From Podarcis liolepis (Eukaryota): a stretch of 64,000 nt of DNA. Every line of letters begins with the position of its first letter. Within the stretch, counting starts at the first letter, position 1. Positions 34,317-47,299 of the stretch are shown here, one piece after another. The notes under the pieces are model-generated. The model had not been told where the DNA came from, made no database searches, and saw only the letters and a program-made list of their open reading frames with translations. Made by a program: the position numbers and the translations under genes. The DNA lies in assembly GCA_965112155.1 (NCBI GenBank), contig OZ218104.1. The stretch is one strand, 5' to 3'.

Positions 34317-37300
34317 AAATTCTCCCATTTCATCTGTACAGAAAAAAATGCACATTATGTTCAGAATCTCCGTTAACAATTCAAAATTACACAGCATGAA
34401 CATGTAAAAAGAAAGAACAGCCAAGATTTTGTACATAGAAAGGAAAAACAATTTACAAAAAAAACCTTTGTTAATGTTACATTTTTTAAAAGGACTAAGG
34501 GTCAGCCAACATTAGCTGTATCATCTACCAATTTACTGTCTCTCCAAAGGGCTGGTTTTGCAAGCTGCAGGAGGGGCACTGAATACGAACCCTTTTATGC
34601 CACCCTGAGTTGTTCTGTGCACCTGCATTTTGCTTCTCTCAAACACAAAACACGCCTATTCTTCAATCAAACGCCACTTATATTGAGTTCCAAAGCGTAC
34701 CTGAAGGGAAATTGCAGCCTGCCTCTGATGCATTTCCAAGAACCTTGAGATAAGTCATTTAATTCTCTTTGCGCCAGCTAGGGAGCCTCTGGATGGAGGA
34801 GTCTGCAAGTGTCGGAGAAGCAGCACACCTGATGCTCAGAATCTACACAGAAATGGAACCAATTATCATGCTGGTCACAGCTGTCCAGAAGGACTAGCAA
34901 TATGAGAACAGGTGTCAGCACAAGCCGGGGGCCAGGACAGTGCTGATACCACATGCTGGATGGCACCACTTCCTAAAGACAGTTCCCTCCACCCAGCACT
35001 CTTCCAGTTTGTTAGTATTAATGCTCTGGATGCACATGTAGTGTATATGTAGGAAGAGTGTAACCTATCAATCCAGTTGTACAAACTATGAAGCGGAACA
35101 GGATGTGTGATCCTTCAGTTTTCCAATTCAACAAGTTCCTTAGCTTACTTTGGGACAAGAGAATACCCTAGGCTACATCTAAGAGCCACCACTAAGAGCC
35201 AAGAAATCCCTGCTCCTTAGGCTCCACCAGGGCTTTTCTGCAGGAACTCTAATCCTGTTATGCATAGAGCAGTGCCCAACCCGCGTACTTCCATCTCCAA
35301 TGCATCAAACCAGGGGACCTTCCTTGAGATGAGAGCCAAGAGAGCAGCATCAGCACAGCTTTAGATGAGACACAAGGAAGGAGAAGCAGCAGCACAGGGT
35401 CCAGAAGCTGGAGGAGCTCGTGTTACAAGACAGTCGAGGCCACAGTGGTGAAGACAGCAAGTACTACAAGTTCAAACAGGGAACCTTATAGGGAAGAAGC
35501 AGAAAAACAAGCTCCCAATTCCTAAGTACTTTTCAAACATTCAAACTGCAGCACAGCCCCTTCCATCTTCCTCAAGCAGTTGCACGTATTCTGAGGAGGA
35601 AGTGACAAGCACAACACTTGCAATACAATGCCACTTTAGATGAAGGATCATTTTTGTAAACAGTCGTCCCTCAAATAAGCCCCAAAGCAGGAATACTTAG
35701 CTGTCAGACTGAAACTGTCAGGGTCTGAGGAGACTGCATGGAGGCTTAGGTGATGCTGAGACAGAGACCTGCAGTGCTTGGAACTCAAGAGGCTGCTTCT
35801 CATCTCTTTAAAACAATGGCTCGTTCAAGGTCACTGAGAGAATGGAGTGACTGGCTGGCTGTAATGGCTTCAGCATTCTGTCTCTTCCCAGGCAACTAGT
35901 CCCCTTACGTGCATCTCGCACAAGCTCCTCTTCGGTAGCATCACTATATGCCTGCAAAAACCACTGCTGCTGATTATGGGAATTTACTCAGGAGAGCATT
36001 TTTCTTTCATTAACCAATGGGGCACTCCCACTAGGATCGAGGGAAGGCAATTGTAGTTGGCTGAAGGGAAGCAATGTAAGAATAATACGTTGTGCATCTT
36101 ATCTGAATGCATGTGCTAGCCAGGATGGTGGGGGCATCCTCTCCTTTCACAGCATTTGCTGCAGGGTCACCATATGCAAGTGCCAGTTTCTTCCCAACGT
36201 TGTGTAGGATTTGGAAGATGATATGACCAAGGTTATTCCTGGCCTCCTACAGTATGAATGGCAGCTCTAAGCACCCTGCAATTAATCTGCTGGCTGCCTC
36301 TCTTGCAAGTGACTTGAGTTGCCCTGGGAGCATCCTCACCATCGCCACCCCATTTCAGAGTCAAGGTGGATTCCTTAGGATAAAGAAGTCTATGCCTTGC
36401 CTCAGAGTTAAAACACAGAATAAACACAATACTGAAGGGCATCCACGTGTGGGTGAAAGGGAGGGGGGAGGGAATAGAGGCTTTGGAATGCACTGAGCAC
36501 GCACTAGTTGGGGAACTATGGCACACACCCCTTTCCAATGTCACCATTCATAGATTCAGTAATATCAGAAGCAGGGGAAGGAAATCCAATCTAGTGGCCA
36601 CAGTCCAAAAAAACCCTTCAGTACACACAGGCTCGTCCACTGATCTTTGATTTCCCTAATCATCTCTCCTTAATTTTGGAGGCCTGAAACAGTCAGTGGG
36701 CCTCAGGGGTGGGGTGGGGTGAGATTCTTGCACAAGCTTTTCCAGTTTGCCATCCTCAGGAATACAAAGCCACACTCTGAACGACTTGCTTTCCAGTAGG
36801 ATGAAAAATAAAGGTTTCCTAAAGCTAGAAACTGTTGTGCCTTTTACCAACACTTCAAGAGCAGCAGAAAATATTCACAGTAGTGGTATGGCTGAGTGTC
36901 CACATCATCATTAAGATCAGCTGGTCCCATTGCCAAAAGCCCCTCGCTTTTGTGACATTAATGCAGAACGCTGAGAAGTTGACATCTGACTGAGCAGTTG
37001 CAGCAAAGCAGGAAAAGGGGCAGGGAGGGGAAGATGTTGCACTCAAGCCTTGTGTCGGGCAGACTCATGATTTAGCCCTCTAAAGCATACAGGCAACCAT
37101 GTCTAACAGGCTGATAGATATCCTACTATACACATGGAGCCTGCACATGCGTATTTCCTCTTCTTCGAGTTCCTCCCTGTGCTCTCCAATCAGCAGACAA
37201 GGAGCACACTCCTGCTTATTGCAAACAGGTACTGTAGTACTGTTACTAAAAGCATCACTTCAGCAAAGATACCTCTCCCATCCAACTCTCAGAAAGCTAT

Positions 37301-37647
37301 CCCCCCTCCCCTCCCCTCCCCCATCCTTGCTTAGTGTAGGGAGCCCTGCCAGCTTCCCTACTTCCCAAATGGCTGATGATCTCTTTAGATGGATTCTTGA
37401 CAGCAAGAAAAGTCTTACACCCTCCCTGACAGTTCAGGGAGGAAACTTCAGTAACTTGTAAATAAGGACCCTATGGGTCCAACCCCTTTGGGGAGGACCC
37501 AAATCCTCGTTTTCTTCCAAAACCACCGCCTTATTACCCAAGACCACAGCTCCACCATAGCTTGTCCAAAGGCTTCCCTTGAGATACAGTATGGTTTTGC
37601 AGGGGGTGCCTGTAAGACCACTGAAGTTTCTTTAATCTGGTCAATAT

Positions 37648-37653
37648 TTTATT
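37648..37653 (-). terminator. Candidate proximal GLG1 polyadenylation signal AATAAA
   Basis: ggttAATAAAatattg, ~700 nt after the stop codon, with U-rich upstream sequence. Confidence 0.4.
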
Positions 37654-38354
37654 AACCCCAAAGATTGGAGTGGGGGTGGAGAAGTATGGAAGGCATTGCC
37701 TTTTGGCAAAAACGGAGGAACAAGCCACAAAAAGAAAAAAAGAAGTACAACAGAATACAGTAACAAAAGCACAAAAACAGTAGAGATGATGACGGGTCTC
37801 TGGAGGCAACTCTTGCTGACTGATTATGCTTGTTCCAGGGTGAGCCAGATGTCCAAAGCAAGGCCAGCTGTGAATGGTGGGTGATGTCCCTTCCCCTCGG
37901 TTCTCCTAAGCCAAGGAGCACAAACACTTCCACACCAAGACCTACTGTCCAACACTATGTCTGGAACAGATCTTTAAAAATTTGCTTTAAAAACCTCTTG
38001 AGCTGCAGGTTGTCAGTCTGTCTGGGGAGTGAAGGCAGTTCCGACAGTATGAGAAAGAGAGAAAGAGAAAGAGAAAAAACTTGTCTACAGGCAGGCAAAC
38101 AACAGTCGCTAACGACAGGGTAACGAAGCTGCTGGCTGGACCGCCAAGGCTGCACGTGCCAACTCGTTCCGAGGGTGGAGAAGCCATGGACGAGATGGGA
38201 CACTCAGCTGGCACGGGCTGCTGTTCTAATCTGTTTGTACTCTCCAGAGAGGTGGGAGGGGAGACTATACAGAGGAGGGCTGTACAAACTGGGCAACGGG
38301 CAGGCAGGCAGGCCTTCTTTCCTTCCTTCTTCCCTTTGACTACCAAGGCAGGCT

Positions 38355-38522
38355 CTACCTGTCCTTCAGCTCTCGTGTCACTCGCTTCGTGATACGCCCA
38401 CACATCAGGCCAATCAGGAACAGGATGCAGATGCCCACACTGATCACTGAGAGGATGTAGTTCTTGGATGGAGAGGTCATCACTTGCATGGCAAGATCAG
38501 AAAAGCCTTCCGCTGGGGCAAC
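38355..38522 (-). CDS. GLG1: GLG1 last coding exon (TM helix and cytoplasmic tail)
   Basis: VAPAEGFSDLAMQVMTSPSKNYILSVISVGICILFLIGLMCGRITKRVTRELKDR*; TAG at 38357-38355. Confidence 0.95.
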   Translation of the reverse strand, partial: VAPAEGFSDLAMQVMTSPSKNYILSVISVGICILFLIGLMCGRITKRVTRELKDR

Positions 38523-41500
38523 CTGGCAGGCAAGGAAGAAAAAGAGTCAGCTCCCAAATCAATTGTAACAGATGTCTACAATGTACAGATGAAATTTAGG
38601 GGTCAGTGCTTCAAACAAATCTTCTCTAAAACCACCCGATTTGTTACAACCCTGTATAGACCAGAATAGGGTTGCAGGACCATAAACTGGGCTAGGCCGT
38701 TTGTCCATGTTATGCTGGTGTTCTGCCAGCTCCTTCTCTCACAGGTGCTTACCTGAACCTTCTTTTCTTCTTCACAGGCTTAAGAAATTTAAAATATATA
38801 TTAAACAGCTTGTAAATTCTTTCAAATAAAAATAAACGAACAAAGTAGGGCAGGGAGACGACATTTTCAGTAGTGGCATCTGGGTAAAGAAACACACCTC
38901 CTAAAGAAGATCACCTGGCACCAGCTTTGTGATCTTTTCAGAGCCAGGTGAAGACCTTTCTATTCACCTTTCTATTAACTTGTTTTACGGACTAGTCTTC
39001 TTGGCTGTAAAAACTGTGTTTTGTGTTTTTAGTTCACTTTATATTGTACCTTAATTGTGCTTGTTTTGGGCATCAATCAAAGATTTTGTGTAATGGGGTA
39101 GCTTTATAAATTCCATTAATAAATGATTTTTTGAAAGTATCTGATCCTATCCCTCCCTCACATGGTATTGAACACAAAATGATCAACAGCTGTGAAGTAG
39201 CAAGAGGAGTCCTACACTCCTTATATCCTTTGAACTGCAAGCTTCTCCCTTGAGATTCAGGATGTTCTTTCTGTAACCAATCTCTCCTCAGCAGAGTGTG
39301 CAAACAAAAGCCAGGGTATGTGCAGCAAGGTGTCTGGAGAGGAGGAGTGGGGATTCCCCACTAGGGCGCTACATGCTTGTCCAACAGCAGGATGGTATTG
39401 CCTTCCCACAGCTGCCCTGTGCTGGGCCTTCCAAATTTCTCTCTCTCGCTCTCTCTCTCTCTCTCCCCCGCCCCATTTCAGGGGCCAGGAGCTCAGATAT
39501 CAAGAGATGGGGCCCTGCTCTGTAACAGCAACTGTTACATTTTATGCTGCACTTGCCCTGGCAAGGATAGCTTTCTACAGATGGAATTTAGAATTGCACA
39601 GAAGTAGTGAGGAGCCATGCTCAACATGCATATTAAGGCTCTCCATGCCGGTAACTCAGACTTGCTTCCAAGGCCAATCTAGCATATTGTGTCAAGGATT
39701 GTCATTACGGCAGCAGCATTCCATCATGTGTTCACGGCCTTCAGCACCAACACATGCATCGTGCTGGAACCTTCCATCTGTTCCAATTCCCTCATATCCC
39801 CAACAATCCCTAGGCACCCAGAAGAGGTCTTCCTGGAGGAATAAAGTGAGCAGCTTTGCTCACCTTGGCAGCGTAGCTCCACATTTCAATCCGGTCGTTA
39901 AGGCGCTTCTTACACTCAGGCTGCAACCTCACACGCTTGTCCTCCAGGGCCTCCATCAGACAAGACATCTCTGCAGAACAGAGGAAAGAGTGTTACAAAT
40001 GATTGAAGGCACAGTTTTTCTCAGATCATCATGATCTTGATCTTCCCACCCTCTTGCTATTATGTGTTTCTCAAGGTGACAAAACAGTTAACGACCATCC
40101 CATCACACCACTTCATGGGGGGGGGAGCACTGGGGGGCTCAGAGATTTCATGGGCACCAGGCAAAATCATCAGGGGTGCATGCGGGCACCACATTGGTGA
40201 CCCCAGTGTTTAACATATTTTTTATATATTTTTAGAAAATACGCATTGCTTAGAAAGGATTTTACTCATTAATCTAAACAATGATGCTGAAAGTTGTATG
40301 AAAGTTCCTCTGTTTTCCCCCCAAGTATATTGATTTTTACCACTGGTGGGGGAATTCTATCCACTAGTCCTTCACATCTCTAGGAAGTGTACAAATCTAT
40401 CCTAAGCAAGTTGTTTAGAGTGCAATTGTGCCTAGACTTGTTCAATACCAAGGGCAGGAACAGAAGATTAAAAACGATTGAATCTGTGGAAGTAGCACTA
40501 CTGGTGGCAGAGATGCTTCCTGGGCTTTTTAGCAAGCTGTAAGACTTACGTCGCCCTCTTCCTGGTGGGATGGCAGCACAGTGGTGCTTGATGTCAAGGG
40601 CACAGGCCGTATGAAGGACGGGGTCCACAAAGATATCAGCTTTACTCTCCTTCAACATGTTGAGCACCTCCTAGAAGGGCAGAAAATTGCAATGCACCCT
40701 CAATATAATGATTTGCATATTTCATCTTAACTTGCTCATCCTCCTGCTGCTTCATTATACTTGGAATACTTAAACCCTGCTTTATAGCCCTGAGCAGTTC
40801 TCAAATAAAGTAAGATTTTTTTTGCAGTGTGGAAGACTCTAGTTGCTTTCAAATGGAGCACATTTATAGTAGTCTACTCAAAGTTATGAAGGCATTTATG
40901 ACTGTTGCCGGGTCGGAATTTGAAAGGGATGTGCTGAAATGTGGCAACAGAAAAATGCAAAGGGGAAGGAATGGATGCCTTCCTTTGGCTGACTGAATTG
41001 TACTGAGGAGCAGTGACAGAGGGGAAAGCAAATCACAACTAGCCCTAGGAATCCTTGGAACATCCAAGCTAGAGAACAAAGCTGTAGTGCCGAAGAACTT
41101 CCGAAGTGAGGAGAATGCCATCAGATTGAGCTGTACACAATCTAGCATTCTCCCCTTTGCCATTAGCACAGAAGCACACCTAGTTCTTTACCTTCTTGCA
41201 CATGTCTGCTTTGATCTTTAGCAGATTCACTTTCAGGCATTCTTCCACTTGTCCTGTCTGCTCCTGGGCTGCTGCTTCCTCGGCGCACAAGCTAGAAATC
41301 TTTCAAAACATAAAATACATTAGGTTATAGTACCACAGGCCAACAAATTAGCCTCCTTTTGGAGGGAGATAGAACAAATTTATGTGACAAAAAGGTCCAA
41401 AACATGGAATCTAGCAAGGGAAACAAATGCAACCTTACTTTCTGGTTCAGTACATGTTATCCCTTTATTACTGAGGAAAGGCTTACAGTGTAACATAGCC

Positions 41501-44500
41501 CAGAGGATTAGCAACATTATCCAGAGGTCCTCTATTGTGGATGTTGCCTAAGGCCAAGGCTGGAAGCTATTCCCTGGCTTAAGCTAAATTCCAGCTGGCA
41601 GAGCCTGGAACAATTTCTGGAAATGAGCAGAGGTGACAAGCAGCACCTACTCTCCACCCTGCAAGAGCAGGATTCTATGCTTCTATCATATAGTTTTTGC
41701 TCGGCAAGGCAATACTATTAGGGGCCATCTACTCCTGCTTTTAAGCTTCCTGTTCCTTTCCAAATTCATGGGAGGCTTGTTCTCAAAGAGGTCCTTAAAT
41801 ATCAGTTACGATGAAACAAGGAGTCTCCCACAAACTATTCCTCATAGCATGAAAAGGACCAAGGGGAGGAACTTTACATATCACTTTAACTCTGGACAGG
41901 ATGATTCCATATGAAATACGAACGATTTTTGTGTAAGATGCCAAGCTGGATTCCCATAATGCTTTCTCTATAAGCTGCTCTTGGAGCAAATCTATTCTCT
42001 GCAAATTGCAAATGCCACAAAAGGTGACAACCACAAGGTGATTTTAAACTACTGGGGGATTCAATCAAGATCACCATAGTTCAAACTGTATTACCAGGAG
42101 CTCATGAGAACTTGCCAACATATATAGTGTGAAGGAGGATTGAATTTGAAAGCTCCTACCTCTTCTGAGCAGTGCATCTGCAACTGAGGATCTAACCGGT
42201 AATCAAGAGCGGATTCCTCGATAATCACTCGAATCTGATCTTCACAGTCAGGAGAGAGACGCTGTTTAAGGGTGAGAACAAGAACAGTCATGCCACAGAA
42301 TCATTAATGCACATTCAGCACAAATCTTAACTACTAACCATTAACCACTAATCTTAACTAACTTGAGCAATCATGTATTTTTGGTGCATTTTTTAGCACT
42401 AAAAATCTCTTAAAGTCAATATTTGACAGCAAAAGGCAGCTTCGTATATGGCTTTTTTCTATAGGGAGAATTCTTCATATGGGAAAACATTAGAATGAGG
42501 CAGCACTTAGACAAAACCTGCAATTCAATTCAAGATGCAAGAATACAGCAAGCCAAAGCAATCTGATCAAAGAGGGTAATTATGTGTTACATTCACCACA
42601 CCAGAAGAAGCCCCATGCAAGTGAGCCTCTGACAGCTGGGAATTCTGAATGCTTCCAGGGAGATAAGGCAGAGATAAGTCCTCCTTCATTGTTTACCTAT
42701 CCTCATATTCTGTCTCCTAATATCCCTCAATATATTCATGAGGGAAAAGAGCAGGGCCATCTAGCTGATAAAGAGTTAAGATAAGCAGAGGAAGGCTACC
42801 AGCAGCTCAACCTCTGCTTTCTGTCTGCAGGTCCAAGAAGAAGCCTTCTCAACTCTCAGGGGCTGCTTTACACATCACTCCTTTTAACATAATGATTGCA
42901 GCACTTAGGCTGATCAGTGACACCAGATGGATTACCAAAAATTCACTGTTCCATAAAATTAGCTAATAACATAATGAATTGTGCGATTTCAATATAGTTA
43001 CAACTTTTTCCAAATATAAGTGGTTAACTTTTAGGACTTGATAAAATTAATGTTAAACACTCTATTACTTAAAGCATTAAACCGTGTATGGAACTGCATG
43101 ATTTCAATTGTCCCATCATAAAATGTTTTATTAAGTGGGTTTTATTTATTTTTCTCTCCTAATCAACATTCATTTCAAATGCTTGGTTGCTGGAAAAATT
43201 CTTTAGATAGTTATTCAACATGTAAAATTTACACAGCACACTTTTTAAATTTCAAGTTAAATAAATGTAACTTTTAAGTTTAGGTTGACTAAATCAGATC
43301 ACTGGAACAAATTCCCAGAGAAACTGTATAACTGGGCCTAAGCTTCTGAGACCTGCCTGTATTTTAAACATGCTTGTTGACTGGCACACACCACATAGCA
43401 GAACAAGTCCCTTTGGGGACCTTCTGGCCCTAGGTCCTTGTGAAACACATGCCCCATAATTCACCTGGTCTGCGTATTTCAGCTTCAAGCAGGATATGAC
43501 CTGCCCTTCAAGCTCAGAATCATCCTTGGCCTTGGTCAGAATGCTCTGGCAGAACTTGGGGATGTCAGCTTTGCAGGCCTTCCTGAGCACTGGATTCAGG
43601 CGGTAATCTACGAAGGAAGAAAGGAGCAAAATTAGTGATGAAAATCGGCTGCTGGAATGAGGCGCCAGCTGCAGAACTGAGCCACTTTTACTAAGCAGCC
43701 TAGCACTGGAGTTCTTTCTGTCTGAGTTGCCCGTAATGTAGCCAAATTGCAAGGCCTTGGCTCTCAGGAAACCAGCTACATACACACAAGGCTCAGCAGA
43801 TGCCCACAATCATGTGGGAGCATAGAAAAAAGGAATAAGCTGTGGAATTCAGCTTACCCGGGTCCCAGCTCTCATGGTCATGGTTGACCATTAATATGGA
43901 GATTGCTCCTGCTTCCCTCCTCCCCTAGTGCAAGCAACAAACCCTGGCTTAGTATCATTTCCACATCAGCAATGTTGTTTGTTCTGCTCAAAGGATGCAA
44001 AAGAACAAGGAAGCCAAGAACAAGCTGTGGTTTCTTAGGGTCACAACAAACTACTATCTCTGATTCATATGTAACATTTAGGTATGGATTGTGGTTTGTA
44101 GGTCCTGCTTGTGATAGGGAGGGCATGCCAATGCTAAATCATTGCCAAGTGTCATGGATGAGGTGATATGAAAGTCTTCTGTGGTGGCTGTGATGATGCA
44201 CACAGGGTTAGAGATATCAAAATTTAAAAACAACTATCCAAACCACACTGGTTTCCAACTTTGTTTTGTTCTGCCCAGTACTGCATATAAATAGAGCTGA
44301 ATGGTGAAGGCATGGGGTTGTGCAAGGAGAGGACAAATTATTTTAACACTCAAGAAAAGTTTGCCTTGGAGGGGATTATACCTACAGCAGACCTGAATAG
44401 ACAAAACATTTATGCCACACAAACAAAGCAAACAAGACAGTCTAGTCTGGCAGGCTGAACTTGGGATGCTGCCAGAGCCCTCCCCACAGCCTTCCCAAAG

Positions 44501-47256
44501 CAGGATAAGCATGTGATCACAACTATGTACACGTGTGGGGAGGAAATAAATAGAGAGTGGGTTTCCTTGGCTCTCCATTTATTTATTTACCACCCGCCCA
44601 CAAAGCTACAATCGTGTAAGTAAAATAAGCATAAGATGTGAGTTACCTGTATAAATAACAACTATAAAATATCATAGCACCAGCCCTTTCCTTAAAAAAG
44701 GTCAGTTCCTAAAAGCCTGTTGGAGTACAAAAGTATTCTCCTGCCAGCAGAAGGGCAACCAGGAAGGAGGCAGCCTAACGTCTCTAGGAAGAGAGTTCCA
44801 ATGTCTGGGAGCAGTTACCAATAAGGTCCTAACTTGCGTGCCCAGCAAACATGCCGTGAGGGTGGTGTGACTGAGTGAAGGGCCTCCCCCGAAGATCTCA
44901 GGGCCCAGGTAGGTTTGTATGAGGGAATATGGTCTTTCAGATAGCCTGGATCTAAGCTGTATAGGGCTTTATAAGGTCATAACCAGCACTTTGAATTGTT
45001 CCTGGAAACAGACCAGTAGCCATTGGAAATGTTTTAAAAGGAAATCATTTCCTCCCTATATCTAGCCCTGGTCAACAGTCTGGCTGCAGCTCTTTGGGCT
45101 AGCTGAAATTTCTGAGCACATTTTAAAGGCAGCTCCACGTAGAGCACATTACAGTAGTCCAGATGGGATATATCAGACATTTCAGGTAATGAAGATTACA
45201 GCCCTTAAGTGCAGACCCCAGGCCCAATTCCAAGAAAAACCCCACCATTACCTGTGTTCTGTGTAATCTGGCGCTTGGTAATCATTTGCTTGCATTTGGG
45301 ATCCATCATTTCGCTGTTCTTGTTCTGTTTCAAACATTGCAGCATGTTCTTTGCATCTGCTTCTGGACAGAATCTCTGACAGAGGGAGAGAAAGCACCAA
45401 CAAGTGAGCAAGGGGAGAGCAACAGCACTTCCCATCTTAAGCCAGGACTCTTGTTGCCTGAATGCAAAGTGCTGAAGAGGCACAAGTCAGGCCTCACTGC
45501 ACTTCCAGGCCAACCCAGAGGCTGCTTGGCATGGAATGAATTCTTAAAAGGTGTTGTGTTAATACCCGTGCCCATTAATGTCAGGAGAGGTGGTGGGAAC
45601 GGCACCTCTGAATCAATGTACTTTTGTAGAGAAAGTTTAGAAACACACTGAACCAAGAACAGGACAGGAAGATGGGAAAAGTGGGGCTTCGCTCAGCTAT
45701 AATTCTATATGATCCTCTTGCTGGTCTGAGTAGTTTGAAGAGAAATCAAAGAGCCGCTGCACTTCCAAGAGCCTTTTTGCTGTATCTCCTTTAGTATCAG
45801 GCCTTTAGGGCATGCACCTGCCTAAAGTTCTGAGAAAGCCTGAAGTTCTACAGAAGTTACAGCAGAGGAGAGAGAAAAAGCTTGCCCTTCAACCAGGGTT
45901 TGGCACTTTGCCATTTCAGTTTTACTTCTCTGATCTTTCACCAGATATGTTTGAGTATCTGGTAGAAGATTAGAATATGGTTGAGTATCAACTGCATATT
46001 CATAGCTAGATATTTTAAAATACATACTTGAGGTCAGGAGATGTTTTAAGATTAGAACCGTTTGACTCTTTCCAGAATGAAGAGTCAAGCTTGTACACTA
46101 AAAATGGTCAGATTTGGTTTGCACCATAGAATATTGTGAATATTAACAAATCATCCCATGCCATGCAGAAATGGCCTCTGGGTTTGTGTACAAGATCGGC
46201 CAATTCCCAATGAAAGATTTTGCCTTTGCAGACAAATAAATATGGAAATCAACAAAACTGAGAAGTCTTCATGAGCAGCAGCAGGCAGAAACCCAGTTTA
46301 AACGTCCAAAAATCTTCCTACAAAAATCCATGTGGATTCCTATTTCAAGGCAATGTCAGCTACAGGTACTCTTGCATGGAGAGAAAATGTTACACTGAAA
46401 GCAACATGATGTGGCCTGATTCTAAACCTCTCCTCATCAACCAGCCACCCTTACCTTGATCATTTGCTTGCAAACACGCATGAGGGTATAATCCAGTTCT
46501 GGATCCATCATCTCCGTCTCCTGGAGTTTGAAGACTTTCTGATGGCAGCGAGTGCTGAGTTGCTTCTTGTTTTCCTTAAGACACTCAATAATCTGCAGTT
46601 AAATAAATAGAACATCTCAAGGGTAACTGGACGCTAGATGGCAGCATTGCTAATCTGGGAGTAAGTAAATGACTCAATGGCTTTAAAATAACAAAGCAAA
46701 GGCTATGGAACAAAATAGCCAAACCCCTGCATTATTTTAAGCAGCACCTCATCTAAAACAGGAGCAATAGTGGCACTGAGGAGATCTCGCCCACAGCACA
46801 TTTTGGGTGAAGTATTCTAAGGAGGATGCTAAATTGAGGAGGGTTTAGAAGTACCAAAATAAATTATATTAAAAGCCAACTCATAAGATGGAAGTCACTG
46901 TGTTCACTTAGCCTAGGGGGGGAAAAGGTTTAGTGGCTGAAAGTTCAACTGAGCGAGTAAAAGCTCTTTCTTCAACAGTCAACCTGGTAGTTTCAGTGTA
47001 AACCTGCCTCCTTTGGAAGGGTGAGATATTTTGTAGCCACTGACTAAGGAAGAGCTAGAGGAAAATTGAGCCCATGGAGAAGTGCTCTGTCGTGCTGGAG
47101 AAACACTTGCCAGTGGTGCTTAGGCAGTTGATCAGCCCATCCAGTGGACTTCGCTGTGAGTCAGAGTACAAGCAAAAGGTCTGTAAATCAAAGCAGACTG
47201 AAATGGGCTTTGATGCAGAATGTATTCCGGTCAAAGCCTTTCTTGCTAGGCAGAAA

Positions 47257-47299
<43 letters not shown>

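Noticed and set aside
37200-37260. Minus-strand CTA CAG TAC (LQY) as homologue of the mammalian GLG1 tail-extension exon
   Set aside because: The neighbouring AG acceptors put it out of frame with the AG|GT donor at the stop, and the match is only three residues from memory.
39318-40034. 238-aa plus-strand ORF antisense to GLG1
   Set aside because: No domain similarity, includes a CT microsatellite, no promoter or splice support; the length is compatible with chance.
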